From: a virus
Length of the DNA stretch: 64,000 bases
Strand: one strand, 5' to 3'
IMG/VR virus record: IMGVR_UViG_3300028583_001558
Shown: piece after piece, positions 8,924 through 18,816 of the stretch
Layout of the letters: every line of letters starts with the position of its first letter
How positions within the stretch are numbered: the first letter of the stretch is position 1
The notes under the pieces: generated by a model
What the model was told of the DNA's origin: nothing
The model's input: only the letters and a program-made list of their open reading frames with translations
Database searches by the model: none
Translations under genes and position numbers: made by a program

Positions 8924-11599
8924 TTAAAGTGGTGGTAGATCGTCATCAGCACCCGGTTCTTCACTAGGTGGTGTTTCAGATTCTTCTTCACTTTCTAGGT
9001 CTTCAGGGATGTCTGTATTGTCATCTACAGCTTCCTCTGCTTCCTCTTCCTCCCCATTACCTTCAAGCTTAGCTTTAAGCGCTTCTAACTCTTCTTGTAA
9101 TGATTGGATCATTGCATCTTTCTCTTCTGCTGCTTGTGTATCCTTATCCTGATCAGCATCCAAGTTACTTTGTGCTTTACGCCCTTCCTTACGCATCATC
9201 CTTAATAGTTTCTGCATTGGTCCAAGAATGGCTTCAGCGTGGTCTTTATGCACAGTTACAATATCAAAACTATCCACTGAACCATCATTAACCATCCCGT
9301 CAAGTTCTGGCATGATGTTATTCTTACGTAACCATTGACGCTGGAAGTAACTACGCAGAGCTGCGATGGTTCCTTCAATACCTTCTTCAAGGTCAGAATC
9401 TAACATACCGTCAAACATCTCAGCATCTAAGTAAGCAGGAAGTGCTGCTTCAAGAAGACTGTTAAACTCTTCAAAAGACGCACCCTGATTAGCTAACTTA
9501 GCAGTATCTGGTGTAGGTAAGCTAATACGGATAGAATCGATGATTTCAGCAATTAATGATTCCACTGTGTCTATGGTACCATCTTCAGTTACATCGGTCT
9601 TACCTTGTTTAAGTTTCTTACTTAATGAAGATTCTTCAATCACATTTACAATCTGTTCCATCAGTACCGATGAATTAGACGTAAACTTACGAATGAAGTC
9701 AGATAAGTGATCACACAGCGTGTCCTGATAAATGATAACACGTTTAGCCAGCAATAGGTTAGAACCTACCACGTTAGTAGCAAATTCAACATCTAGCGTA
9801 GAGTCTACAATCTCAGGCGCGATGTGCATCGACATGAAGTGACGATTACGTAAGCTTTCCTCTAACCCCGTATCGACATTAACCATATTACGCTGACCAT
9901 CTTCCACGTTGGTCTTGGTATTAGGATACGCAGGGTGGCCCTCTACGTTAATGTCAACTGACGAGCGCTGCAAGTAACCTGTAATGTCCGATGGATCAAT
10001 AGTACCTAACGGATAGCTAAGTTGATGATTCTTAGTAAAGTTGTGCATGATCTTCTCCACAGTACTTGCTGGATCTGGATCATCTTCATCTAAAGTAATG
10101 TTCAACTTAGTACGGTTGTTAGAGTTCTTGATACCGGCCATGGTGTTTGCAAACATGGTCATAGCGCGCAACGATGCTATAATCTTAGAACCTTCAATCA
10201 ATGAACGCCCTGTACCGTCGTCGTTGTAATCAAAAGCCACATACGTCAGCAGTTCAGCAGGAATGAATAATACCTGAGTATGCATCTTACTTAATGCGCG
10301 ACCAAGCATAATACGACCTACTTCGCTAGGGCATGATAATGTAGCATTCTCATTATACACGCCTGCTTCTAAACGTGCGACTAAATCGTTTTCGATTAGA
10401 GATGTATAAGAGGCAATGATTTCTGACTCAGTACGATCAGCAATGTTACTACGTTCACCGTACATGCCTTGACGTACTTGCTCTATAAGCTCACTCGTGC
10501 CTTCGTTTTCTTTTTTCAAACGTTGCTTTAAATTAGTGAAGTATTTAGAATCTTTAGCACGTGTAACCGGGTTACCATTCTTGTCCAATAGCACATAGTA
10601 ACCAACATGGTTAGATGGATCAGACGGAACGTGCACCGGAATGACAGATTCACTAGGTAACTTCATCACCAGCGGATGACCTACTGCTTCACGGTTAAGC
10701 GCCTCGGAGGTCTGTAGCTGCACGGCAGAGCGCTGGGTGTAGACACGACGACGATACGCCGATTTAAGCACAGTTGGTTTGTCTTCTCCCTGCTTGCCAC
10801 GCCACGACTCTAACCCAACCTTTACACCCGCAACGCCTCTGTTTTGAAACGTATCCGCCACTGCGTGTTGACGTGCCTTTGTTAACAATGCAGGTACTTT
10901 AAGTGCGTTAAAGTTATCTGTCACTGTGGTATAAGGGTTAAAATTATCAAATTTATCAGGCGCGGTATTGGCGCTAAATAAACTCTCTATGCCAATGCTG
11001 GTTTTCTTGCCACCACTATTAGGGTTACCTAACAGTCCCAGAGGGCGAACACTGGTAGTATCTTTAGTGAAAAAAGACTTCACGCTTTCTGTAGATACCT
11101 GGTCGTTGCTGTTAATTACATCATCTAACGTGTTCTCAGGTATAACAGCAATGGGATAACTACCTGTCTTAAATAACGCGTCTTGCAATATACTACTGAG
11201 GCGACGTTTAAGACCAAACTCGGTGATGAAATAATTCTGCACAATCTTTATGACACTAGCCGCTATATCAGCAGCCTCACCAGATACGCTGGAGGTGAAG
11301 TTGATGTCTGTAGAGATCATGTCTTTAGGCGAAAGTATTGACGATACTAATACTTGCATCGCCATTTCGGTATCAGGCAGAATTTCAAATATGGCTCTAG
11401 CATCGTTAATGTTAGTGGCTATCTCATTAGAAATAGTTTCCATGACATTCATTGAAGGCGCTTTTGTTTTTCTAGGCGGCTCTCCATCTGATTGCGTAGG
11501 ATTAACTATTTTATCAATGATGCTTTTAGTTTCGGCCGACATCCCTTGATCAGCGTCATGGCGGGGATGGGAGTGTTTGCGAATATGTTCTGTTGCCAT
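8924..11599 (-). CDS. Portal protein (phiKZ gp129-like)
   Basis: 891 aa; ILPDTEMAMQVLVSSILSPKD, KLPSESVIPVHVP and YVAFDYNDDGTGRSL segments resemble phiKZ-type portal; adjacent to gp128/gp127-like genes. Confidence 0.75.
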   Translation of the reverse strand: MATEHIRKHSHPRHDADQGMSAETKSIIDKIVNPTQSDGEPPRKTKAPSMNVMETISNEIATNINDARAIFEILPDTEMAMQVLVSSILSPKDMISTDINFTSSVSGEAADIAASVIKIVQNYFITEFGLKRRLSSILQDALFKTGSYPIAVIPENTLDDVINSNDQVSTESVKSFFTKDTTSVRPLGLLGNPNSGGKKTSIGIESLFSANTAPDKFDNFNPYTTVTDNFNALKVPALLTKARQHAVADTFQNRGVAGVKVGLESWRGKQGEDKPTVLKSAYRRRVYTQRSAVQLQTSEALNREAVGHPLVMKLPSESVIPVHVPSDPSNHVGYYVLLDKNGNPVTRAKDSKYFTNLKQRLKKENEGTSELIEQVRQGMYGERSNIADRTESEIIASYTSLIENDLVARLEAGVYNENATLSCPSEVGRIMLGRALSKMHTQVLFIPAELLTYVAFDYNDDGTGRSLIEGSKIIASLRAMTMFANTMAGIKNSNNRTKLNITLDEDDPDPASTVEKIMHNFTKNHQLSYPLGTIDPSDITGYLQRSSVDINVEGHPAYPNTKTNVEDGQRNMVNVDTGLEESLRNRHFMSMHIAPEIVDSTLDVEFATNVVGSNLLLAKRVIIYQDTLCDHLSDFIRKFTSNSSVLMEQIVNVIEESSLSKKLKQGKTDVTEDGTIDTVESLIAEIIDSIRISLPTPDTAKLANQGASFEEFNSLLEAALPAYLDAEMFDGMLDSDLEEGIEGTIAALRSYFQRQWLRKNNIMPELDGMVNDGSVDSFDIVTVHKDHAEAILGPMQKLLRMMRKEGRKAQSNLDADQDKDTQAAEEKDAMIQSLQEELEALKAKLEGNGEEEEAEEAVDDNTDIPEDLESEEESETPPSEEPGADDDLPPL

Positions 11600-11640
11600 T
11601 GTGTAATTACCTATAACTGTAATAAAGAGCGAAGTACAAT

Positions 11641-13725
11641 ATGTCTGACTCTACCTACGATCTTTATCGACAAAGCTGTATTAATCTAGCCCGTTCGATT
11701 ATTTTAAAATCCAGCGAAGTCGCATCTGCTATAAATGCAGAACTTAACCTGCTTGGGGTAGAAGTTGATGAAACGGACCCGAGTACATGGAAATATTATT
11801 TAAATTTAAGCGGTCAATACCATCCTTTTGACGAACCGATGACGGTAACATCACTTGATACTTTAGAGGTCATAGCATTCACTCGAGAGAGTTTAGAGAT
11901 ACACCGCTCTACGGCGAAAGCGTATACCTTTAATAGCGATGCGTATCTGTCTTTGCTTGCCCGCTATCCTGATCAAGAAACGTTAATCCGTGGTATTGTT
12001 AATCCGGTTGATATAGATACGGCTATTGCCGCTTCCGATTGGGATATTCTTTTTTATAACAATGACCTTGTTGAGATTAATGAGGCTGATTTAATTAGCC
12101 GTATACAGAATTGGATACATCGCCATATGCTACGGTGGCATATTAACGATTACACGTTAAGTGATGATCTTTATCTAGCAAGCGCCATAGGTGTGATGTT
12201 CAGTCACCTACCTAATGCTATTATCAACATACGGTTAGATAACGCTAAGACGTACAAGGCCCATAGTTATCACGTATGGACCTACCTAGCAGGTCATGGT
12301 GGTTTGAGTGGTTATCGTGAAAGCCTTAATACCGCGCAGGCTTTGTTCTTATATAGAAACATCCGATACATCTATAAGAACTCAGGGAAGACATCAACGT
12401 TTAGACTGTTAATTGAGAATCTATTAACCAAACGTGGTCTACCTTTATACGCCTACGACCTACGTCATCGTACGGACAGTTTACCTGATTCAATACGTCC
12501 AGAGATTGACGTTATTCGTTATCCACTTAACGACTCTCTAGTTAGCGCTGATGCAATACAAATCTATACACCCGATGAACTGACTGAATTGGTTCGTAAC
12601 TTTGCGCCTGATAATGGGCTTAACGCAGAGGAACTCACAGATGAGTGGGTGTTGAAGATGCAGCGCTCAGGCAGAGACCGTGTCTTAACTAAAGTGGTAG
12701 AATCAGTAGTAGAGATCAACGATAGCTTTGAAGCTGTTGACATCAACCAACTATTACTTGAACATTGGGTTTATTTATCTAACATCAACGTCTATAGTGG
12801 TAACGTAACATTAGTTAACCCGCATAGCGGTAACATACTTCAAATAAGTGCAGCTGATGCATTTATATTGTACATGTATCTGTTTAACCGCACACTAGGC
12901 GTAACATTAGATAAAATCCCTACCTTTACTACGTTCTTAACAGTAGAACCAGTAATGCAGGATTGGGATACATTCACCGAAGGACTGAATCCTAAATATG
13001 TAGAACCATATCGTGATTTATTCTTAAGTTTACCTACCACGTCTAACATTATCAACGCCGAAGGCTTCTTTGAACATGTTCACGATGTATATACGGTACT
13101 TGCCTCTATCTTAACGGCCTCTAATATGGCTAGCAAGATCGAAGAGAAAGCAGAATTACGTATTCTGTTTAATCGATTAACTAAATCTAAGACTATCACG
13201 CTTAGCAATATAGAAACTTACGATCAATGGTTATTTGTTAACGATATTGATGTTGAAGAGATTAGCATTACAGATGCACAAGCATTTATGGATATTATTG
13301 TAGAGACGTCCACAGGTAGCGATGCATCTACAGATACCACCGCGCAGGCTATACAAAACGCGCTAGTGTCTATTTTGAACCAGCTAACCAGTTACGATAT
13401 TAACGTCGTATCAACATTGTTAGGTCAGAATTCATTTAATGTAGATACTAGTAGATTCAAGATCTCTGAATTGGATATATCTGGCTCACATAACGACGGT
13501 GACTACGATTCTACACTTCGTGTCAAAGACGCATCTCTACATGCAGACATGGGTTCCATCGATATTGAACCAGGCGTGTTAAGGTTAAATGACACAAGCC
13601 AATCGTATGCACAGTTCTCCATTAACCAATTAGATACTGCAACACTTCACACCCGTGCTAAGACTTTAGGTTCTATACGCATTGCAAACGTTGAAGTCGC
13701 CGTAAAGGAAATAACACATGACTAA
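11641..13725 (+). CDS. Virion structural protein (phiKZ gp128-like)
   Basis: 694 aa; WKYYLNLSGQYHPFD and FLYRNIRYIYKNSGK motifs; gene order. Confidence 0.65.
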   Translation: MSDSTYDLYRQSCINLARSIILKSSEVASAINAELNLLGVEVDETDPSTWKYYLNLSGQYHPFDEPMTVTSLDTLEVIAFTRESLEIHRSTAKAYTFNSDAYLSLLARYPDQETLIRGIVNPVDIDTAIAASDWDILFYNNDLVEINEADLISRIQNWIHRHMLRWHINDYTLSDDLYLASAIGVMFSHLPNAIINIRLDNAKTYKAHSYHVWTYLAGHGGLSGYRESLNTAQALFLYRNIRYIYKNSGKTSTFRLLIENLLTKRGLPLYAYDLRHRTDSLPDSIRPEIDVIRYPLNDSLVSADAIQIYTPDELTELVRNFAPDNGLNAEELTDEWVLKMQRSGRDRVLTKVVESVVEINDSFEAVDINQLLLEHWVYLSNINVYSGNVTLVNPHSGNILQISAADAFILYMYLFNRTLGVTLDKIPTFTTFLTVEPVMQDWDTFTEGLNPKYVEPYRDLFLSLPTTSNIINAEGFFEHVHDVYTVLASILTASNMASKIEEKAELRILFNRLTKSKTITLSNIETYDQWLFVNDIDVEEISITDAQAFMDIIVETSTGSDASTDTTAQAIQNALVSILNQLTSYDINVVSTLLGQNSFNVDTSRFKISELDISGSHNDGDYDSTLRVKDASLHADMGSIDIEPGVLRLNDTSQSYAQFSINQLDTATLHTRAKTLGSIRIANVEVAVKEITHD

Positions 13726-14551
13726 TGTAACACGTACCATCTACGCCAGTGCGCTTCAATCAGCACAGGTTTTAGGTATTCCCTACGACATCGTAGATAA
13801 TACCACACTAAATGAAAAGTTTGGTATTCTCGATGGCATCCATCCAACCGGAGGCTATCCGGTAATGCAGTACCTAGCAATCGGACGTGGTGGTCATAGA
13901 AACGCCAGTGGCGCAGACGGTGCATCGCTTACGCGTTTAAATACCCACAGAGCATCTGACGCGGCGTTATTTAAACACCTACCCTTTGTATTACGCGAGG
14001 TAGATAATGACCTTACCGCAGCACAGCGTGCCCGTTACGGCATGCGTCGCGAAGAAACTATTGACGGTGTTAATTACATCGCCTATTACTTACTGCGCAT
14101 CGATAACACTAACGTGGATATTGATTACAACCGTGTAACTGTTACTGACGGTGATCAGTCAACTGTTCCATATACGCCGTCTTCAAGCGACTTGAGTCCA
14201 ACGCCAACTGAAGTATCACCTACGGGTATTAACGTGTCTGATGGTGAGTACCTGACCGCCTCTGCAGGTATCACGCTTAACTTCACTAGCGACATTATCA
14301 ACGAAATCGTTAATGCTGCTAAAATTATCTATGGTGAAGAAGAGTACGCGACGTTATCTGAGATAGGTTTGGTATCTGGTCAGGACTACACACACAGCGC
14401 TACTAACAGCGAAGGTGGTTCATTCACTTACGCTGAAGTTATTGCCGCGCAGGTTAACACGCACATCACCATGCATCAGCAGTTATGGTTGTTAAATAAC
14501 AGCTTAACGCTTGAGTTTAATCTAGGTGGTACTGAATCATTATCAATCTAA
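13718..14551 (+). CDS. Virion structural protein (phiKZ gp127-like)
   Basis: 277 aa; TTLNEKFGI, YLAIGRGGH, LPFVLREVDNDL motifs. Confidence 0.7.
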   Translation: MTNVTRTIYASALQSAQVLGIPYDIVDNTTLNEKFGILDGIHPTGGYPVMQYLAIGRGGHRNASGADGASLTRLNTHRASDAALFKHLPFVLREVDNDLTAAQRARYGMRREETIDGVNYIAYYLLRIDNTNVDIDYNRVTVTDGDQSTVPYTPSSSDLSPTPTEVSPTGINVSDGEYLTASAGITLNFTSDIINEIVNAAKIIYGEEEYATLSEIGLVSGQDYTHSATNSEGGSFTYAEVIAAQVNTHITMHQQLWLLNNSLTLEFNLGGTESLSI

Positions 14552-14560
14552 GGTGATGAC

Positions 14561-14863
14561 ATGCAAAGTGACCATATAAGAACGTTAAGTACCTTTGCCC
14601 ACACGCTCGATTATGAGTGTGAAATAGAGACCTGTAAAGGTAAAGTCTCACTTACCAGTATAAGTGAAGCATCACGGGAAAAACTGTATGGTAGCCATGC
14701 CTGGCCATGTCACTGCAAGGAATGCGGCGCGCTCTACATCTCTAATGTACCATTACCTTTAGAGATAACCGGTCAAGGAGGAGCTCGACGCTCCTCTTAT
14801 AGCCTTGAGATCGCTAGGAGAAAGATGCTTGTAATCAAGCTCAATAACAACAGGTTAGGTTAG
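14561..14863 (+). CDS. Hypothetical protein, possible Zn-binding
   Basis: 100 aa; CEIETC and CHCKEC pairs. Confidence 0.55.
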   Translation: MQSDHIRTLSTFAHTLDYECEIETCKGKVSLTSISEASREKLYGSHAWPCHCKECGALYISNVPLPLEITGQGGARRSSYSLEIARRKMLVIKLNNNRLG

Positions 14864-14865
14864 CT

Positions 14866-15441
14866 ATGTTCGGTGTAAACACTTTTCGCATCATTGGCTT
14901 TGATCCTAGCGTTGACAACATGGGTGTAGGTATTTTAGAGGTAGACATTAGAACCTATAAAGTTATCTGCGCCCAGTCTTTTACGCTAAAGGGTAAAGAC
15001 CATGTTAAGCGATACGCTCATATTGCCAAAATACATGGTGATAGAGTAGCTAAACTACACGGTCACTATAATGCAATTTTGAATATCTTTGATCAGTGGG
15101 ACCCCCATGCTGTTGCAATCGAGACGCCATTCTTAGGACGTTTCCCTGCAGCTTATGGTGCATTAAAAGAATGCGTGTGTATTGTCAATCAAGCTCTACT
15201 TACACATGACTTCTCATTGAAGCTTAATGAGATTGACCCTAAGAGCGTTAAGAACGCACTTGGTGTGTCAGGTTCTAGTAAAGATAAAGATGACATGCAA
15301 AAGGCACTTATTGCAAAAGATGATATTAGCTGGGAAAGAGATGTAAACCCTGAGGAACTAGACGAGCACAGTGTTGATGCGGTAGCTGTGGCTTACTGGT
15401 TTTATGAATTCCAATTTGGTCCTTATATAAAGAGGTCGTGA
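14866..15441 (+). CDS. ruvC: RuvC-like Holliday junction resolvase
   Basis: IIGFDP, AIETPF, PKSVKNALG..SKDKDDM and DEHSVDAVAVA: RuvC acidic catalytic residues present. Confidence 0.85.
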   Translation: MFGVNTFRIIGFDPSVDNMGVGILEVDIRTYKVICAQSFTLKGKDHVKRYAHIAKIHGDRVAKLHGHYNAILNIFDQWDPHAVAIETPFLGRFPAAYGALKECVCIVNQALLTHDFSLKLNEIDPKSVKNALGVSGSSKDKDDMQKALIAKDDISWERDVNPEELDEHSVDAVAVAYWFYEFQFGPYIKRS

Positions 15442-15839
15442 TGGCAACTTTCTTTTTAGTTACACCCACAAACGTCGGACATGAAACGCTCGGAGATATA
15501 GAAAAGATCATTCAAGCTAAAGTCGATCCAATGGCGCAGTTAACACACGTAACTAGGAAGACGGGCGCTATGGGCACGACCCCAATCCTCATGTCTCGAA
15601 CAAATCCTGACGGTATACCCCTTGAGGATATTATTGATCAGTTAATTGCGGAGATGAATGAAAAGCAAGAATATATCGAAAAAGATAAAAGCCTAGCTGC
15701 TCAATCTCTTAAATTAAACAGTCGGCAGATTATTGATTTGCTGATACGTATTAAACGTATTAATAACGAGTCACGTAATCTACTAGAGGCTATTAGTCCT
15801 GATCAAGGTCCAGTGGGTAAACCGCGCGTAGGTAATTAA
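15438..15839 (+). CDS. Hypothetical protein
   Basis: 133 aa, overlapping the ruvC stop. Confidence 0.6.
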   Translation: MMATFFLVTPTNVGHETLGDIEKIIQAKVDPMAQLTHVTRKTGAMGTTPILMSRTNPDGIPLEDIIDQLIAEMNEKQEYIEKDKSLAAQSLKLNSRQIIDLLIRIKRINNESRNLLEAISPDQGPVGKPRVGN

Positions 15840-15842
15840 ACT

Positions 15843-15873
15843 AGCCAGGGTACTGTCCCTGGCTTTATGCCGT
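15843..15873 (+). terminator. Hairpin + TTATGCCGT element
   Basis: AGCCAGGG/CCCTGGCT stem; motif at 15865. Confidence 0.65.
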
Positions 15874-15917
15874 GTTAACTCTGACGCGGGTAATGAAACC
15901 TATAGAGGAGATTCATC

Positions 15918-16283
15918 ATGCAGTGTTATACATATCAAATTGGCAAGGCTGAAGATAACCCAGAGCACGAGCATATACTGCTTATAAATAGCTCTGTTAA
16001 AAGCGGCCACCGCTGGCTGGCCCCGACATGGGCATTATTAATGGCTTACAAACAAGGTGAGATTACAGAAGAACAATACACTGAGAAGTTTAAAACACTG
16101 ATGCGTCTGAGGTATCGACGTTATCGTAATTTATTTGAAGCGATGAGCAAACAAGAACAAGTAGCGTTCGGTTGTTATTGTAAAGACGGTGACTTCTGCC
16201 ATCGACATCTACTCATTGAGATGTTTGAAAGGATCTGTAACAACTACGGCATTCCCTTTAAATATATTGGAGAATTAAAATGA
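15918..16283 (+). CDS. DUF488-like protein
   Basis: LAPTWALL...Y.EKF and CYCKDGDFCHRHLL motif; RBS GAGGAG. Confidence 0.7.
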   Translation: MQCYTYQIGKAEDNPEHEHILLINSSVKSGHRWLAPTWALLMAYKQGEITEEQYTEKFKTLMRLRYRRYRNLFEAMSKQEQVAFGCYCKDGDFCHRHLLIEMFERICNNYGIPFKYIGELK

Positions 16284-16612
16284 GTAACTATAATCCAGTT
16301 AACGTTGAAGACCTACACGACGATACATTCAACACCGTTGTTAGAGCAGCTGATGATGTTCTAGTTAAATTACGTCACGCACAACTTAAACATGGTCTAA
16401 CTAGGGGATGGCGCTACCCGCCACCAAATGCTGCAATAGGTGAGGGGCGGTTCTTTAACACTCCTGAAGAATGCGTGGTGGCTTTAAAATCCCATCTAGC
16501 GAAGGGTGAGATTACCGACTGCATTGCCTACCTGATGTTTTTGAAAGACTTAGAGGGGGGTGATTTCTCTGAAAGTCTTGTTAAGCAGTTTAAATTAGAT
16601 AATAAGGAATAG
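16280..16612 (+). CDS. Hypothetical all-alpha phage protein
   Basis: 110 aa; KL..AQ.KHG...GW...C...L.SHLAKGEITD pattern. Confidence 0.55.
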   Translation: MSNYNPVNVEDLHDDTFNTVVRAADDVLVKLRHAQLKHGLTRGWRYPPPNAAIGEGRFFNTPEECVVALKSHLAKGEITDCIAYLMFLKDLEGGDFSESLVKQFKLDNKE

Positions 16613-16616
16613 CGAC

Positions 16617-17255
16617 TTGAAAATATCCAACGATGTAAAAGCAATTACCAGAAACCCCATCGCTGGTGTTTTAGATATTGAGACAGGATCTCTTCGTAAT
16701 AAAACACACATATTCACCATAGGTCTAGTTATTGGTAATCTTGTTACCGGTGAGATTTTGGCAGAGTCGTATTATCGAATAAACGGGGTTGGTCAAGAGG
16801 ACCGTATAATGGATCATGATACGTTTGAGGTATTCTGGAAAGACAGCTCCCTGGTTTCTCTAGAGGCTCAAAGAGAAATATTCGATGAAACTCTACCACG
16901 CATGTCCTTGGCTGAAGCCCTATTAAAAATAAATGATGACATCAATGATTTTAAAAAGAAACATGATGTTAAACAAATCAACATAACGGGTAACGGTAGT
17001 GAGTTTGACAACGCTATTATTGTGGAAGCTTATCGAGATTTGGACATTGAACTACCATGGAAGTATGGCGATAACCAATCACTACGCACAATAGTCTGGC
17101 TGGGGCGGTTATTGCTAGGAATCGATCCTAAATATGCTATCGAGTTTGAAGGGATATTGCATCACGCGCTGTATGATTGTCGGCATGAATTTAAAACAGC
17201 TTCAACTATTGTTAGAGAGTTACTAGCCGCTATTAAGGAGAAAGGCGATGTATGA
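16617..17255 (+). CDS. DEDD 3'-5' exonuclease/exoribonuclease
   Basis: LDIET, GNGSEFDNAI and HHALYD motifs. Confidence 0.8.
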   Translation: MKISNDVKAITRNPIAGVLDIETGSLRNKTHIFTIGLVIGNLVTGEILAESYYRINGVGQEDRIMDHDTFEVFWKDSSLVSLEAQREIFDETLPRMSLAEALLKINDDINDFKKKHDVKQINITGNGSEFDNAIIVEAYRDLDIELPWKYGDNQSLRTIVWLGRLLLGIDPKYAIEFEGILHHALYDCRHEFKTASTIVRELLAAIKEKGDV

Positions 17256-17832
17256 TAACGCTATCGGTATATTGGCTTGTGATGCCAAGTGGGGGATAGG
17301 ACGTGATAACAGTATCCCGTGGTATTGTCCGGAAGACTTTAAACATTTCAAAGAAACGACGTATAAGCAAATTGTCATTATGGGTCGTAAGACCTTTGAA
17401 AGTATAGGGAAGCCATTGCCGGGACGTGTTACTATTGTTCTCACTAGAAACATGCAACTGACTGCACAAGGTGTTATTGTTACCTCAAGTCCTGAAAATG
17501 CAATATGGACAGCTAGAGCCCTAGCAGACTCTATCGATACAGGCGGAGAGCGTACTAAGATATTCATCTGCGGTGGGTCTGAGATATATAAGGCCATGCA
17601 CCGTTGGGTTGATCGTTACATTGTCACGCGCATATCCCATGCTAAAGTATCGCATTTTGATTGTGATGCGTTCTTTGACACCTCTCTTCTTGATAATTAC
17701 CGTATTGAGAAAATCAGCGAATTAGAGAAATCTAAGAACCCAGGTATTGGGTTTCAGATTCTTCATTTTGTTGATACCGAAAATCCTGATACGGACACGC
17801 GCATTACATTGGAGCGTCACTATGCCCGCTAA
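17248..17832 (+). CDS. folA: Dihydrofolate reductase
   Basis: GIGRDNSIPW..PEDFKHFKETT, VIMGRKTFESIGKPLPGR, ICGGSEIY, CDAFF. Confidence 0.95.
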   Translation: MYDNAIGILACDAKWGIGRDNSIPWYCPEDFKHFKETTYKQIVIMGRKTFESIGKPLPGRVTIVLTRNMQLTAQGVIVTSSPENAIWTARALADSIDTGGERTKIFICGGSEIYKAMHRWVDRYIVTRISHAKVSHFDCDAFFDTSLLDNYRIEKISELEKSKNPGIGFQILHFVDTENPDTDTRITLERHYAR

Positions 17833-18100
17833 ACAAGTGATCCTAACCCCTATACAGATCGCCTACGATTGTGACGTTTGTGGTAATCCGGTAAAGTCTC
17901 TTAGAGATACTACTAATGTTTCAGAATGGTGGGGTGGTGTTGAAAGTAAAAAAGTACCGCATCAGTGTAGTGTATGTGGAAAGACCTACACCTTCAATGT
18001 TGATATAACTCAAGTAATATGGTCTTCTGACCCTAACGGATATACCATCGAGCAGATTAACGAATACATCTTACCCAGCAAGGATAAAGATAATGAATAG
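17822..18100 (+). CDS. Zn-ribbon hypothetical protein
   Basis: Likely start ATG 17822 overlapping the DHFR stop; CDVC and CSVC pairs. Confidence 0.6.
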   Translation: MPAKQVILTPIQIAYDCDVCGNPVKSLRDTTNVSEWWGGVESKKVPHQCSVCGKTYTFNVDITQVIWSSDPNGYTIEQINEYILPSKDKDNE

Positions 18101-18815
18101 AGAACAATTAATAAATGCATTAACTGACATGCTTCAAAAGCAACATGAAGTTAATGTGGTGATGAATAAGACGGAAGACTGGACGGCACTTGAACGTTCT
18201 TGGTATCGCGCAATGTGGACTGAGGCGTCTGAGATTGTTACTGAATGGGTCGATTGGGAATGGTGGAAGAAAGGCGCGGTAAGTATTAGACAAGCGCAAC
18301 TTGAAGTCATTGACATCTGGCATTTCTACCTATCGCATCTTCTACAGCGTCGTGATGAAGAAGAATCATTTCAAGACGTTGCTATCGTTCTAACAGATAG
18401 TATTTTAAATGAAGGACCGTTTGGAGAACCGCTAACTTTCCCAGAAGGTGTTGAAGAGCTCTGCGTTGATGTTGAGCGTTTTATTAACGATACGATTGAA
18501 TTTCGTGAACCTGATATCACTTATTTCATGCGTATTATGGAAGATCTAGGACTGAGTTTTGAAGCGTTGTATACTTGGTATATTGGTAAAAATCAACTTA
18601 ATCATTTTAGGCAGAAAAACGGCGATAAAGAAGGTACTTATAGCCGCAACTGGCGCGTTTCTAGCACTGGTGAATCTACTGCTGATAATGCCATCTTAGA
18701 GGCTATTGTTTTAACCGCGATCGAGTTAAACACCCCTAGTGATGTAGTAGCAGACTATATCCGTACTGCCCTGGAAGCAGCATGGGAAGATCACATTACT
18801 TATTCAAAGGTGTAA
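18093..18815 (+). CDS. dut: Dimeric all-alpha dUTPase (dUTPase_2 family)
   Basis: EASE...WEWWKK, LEVIDIWHFYLS and YIGKNQLNHFRQKNG motifs. Confidence 0.85.
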   Translation: MNREQLINALTDMLQKQHEVNVVMNKTEDWTALERSWYRAMWTEASEIVTEWVDWEWWKKGAVSIRQAQLEVIDIWHFYLSHLLQRRDEEESFQDVAIVLTDSILNEGPFGEPLTFPEGVEELCVDVERFINDTIEFREPDITYFMRIMEDLGLSFEALYTWYIGKNQLNHFRQKNGDKEGTYSRNWRVSSTGESTADNAILEAIVLTAIELNTPSDVVADYIRTALEAAWEDHITYSKV

Positions 18816-18816
18816 T

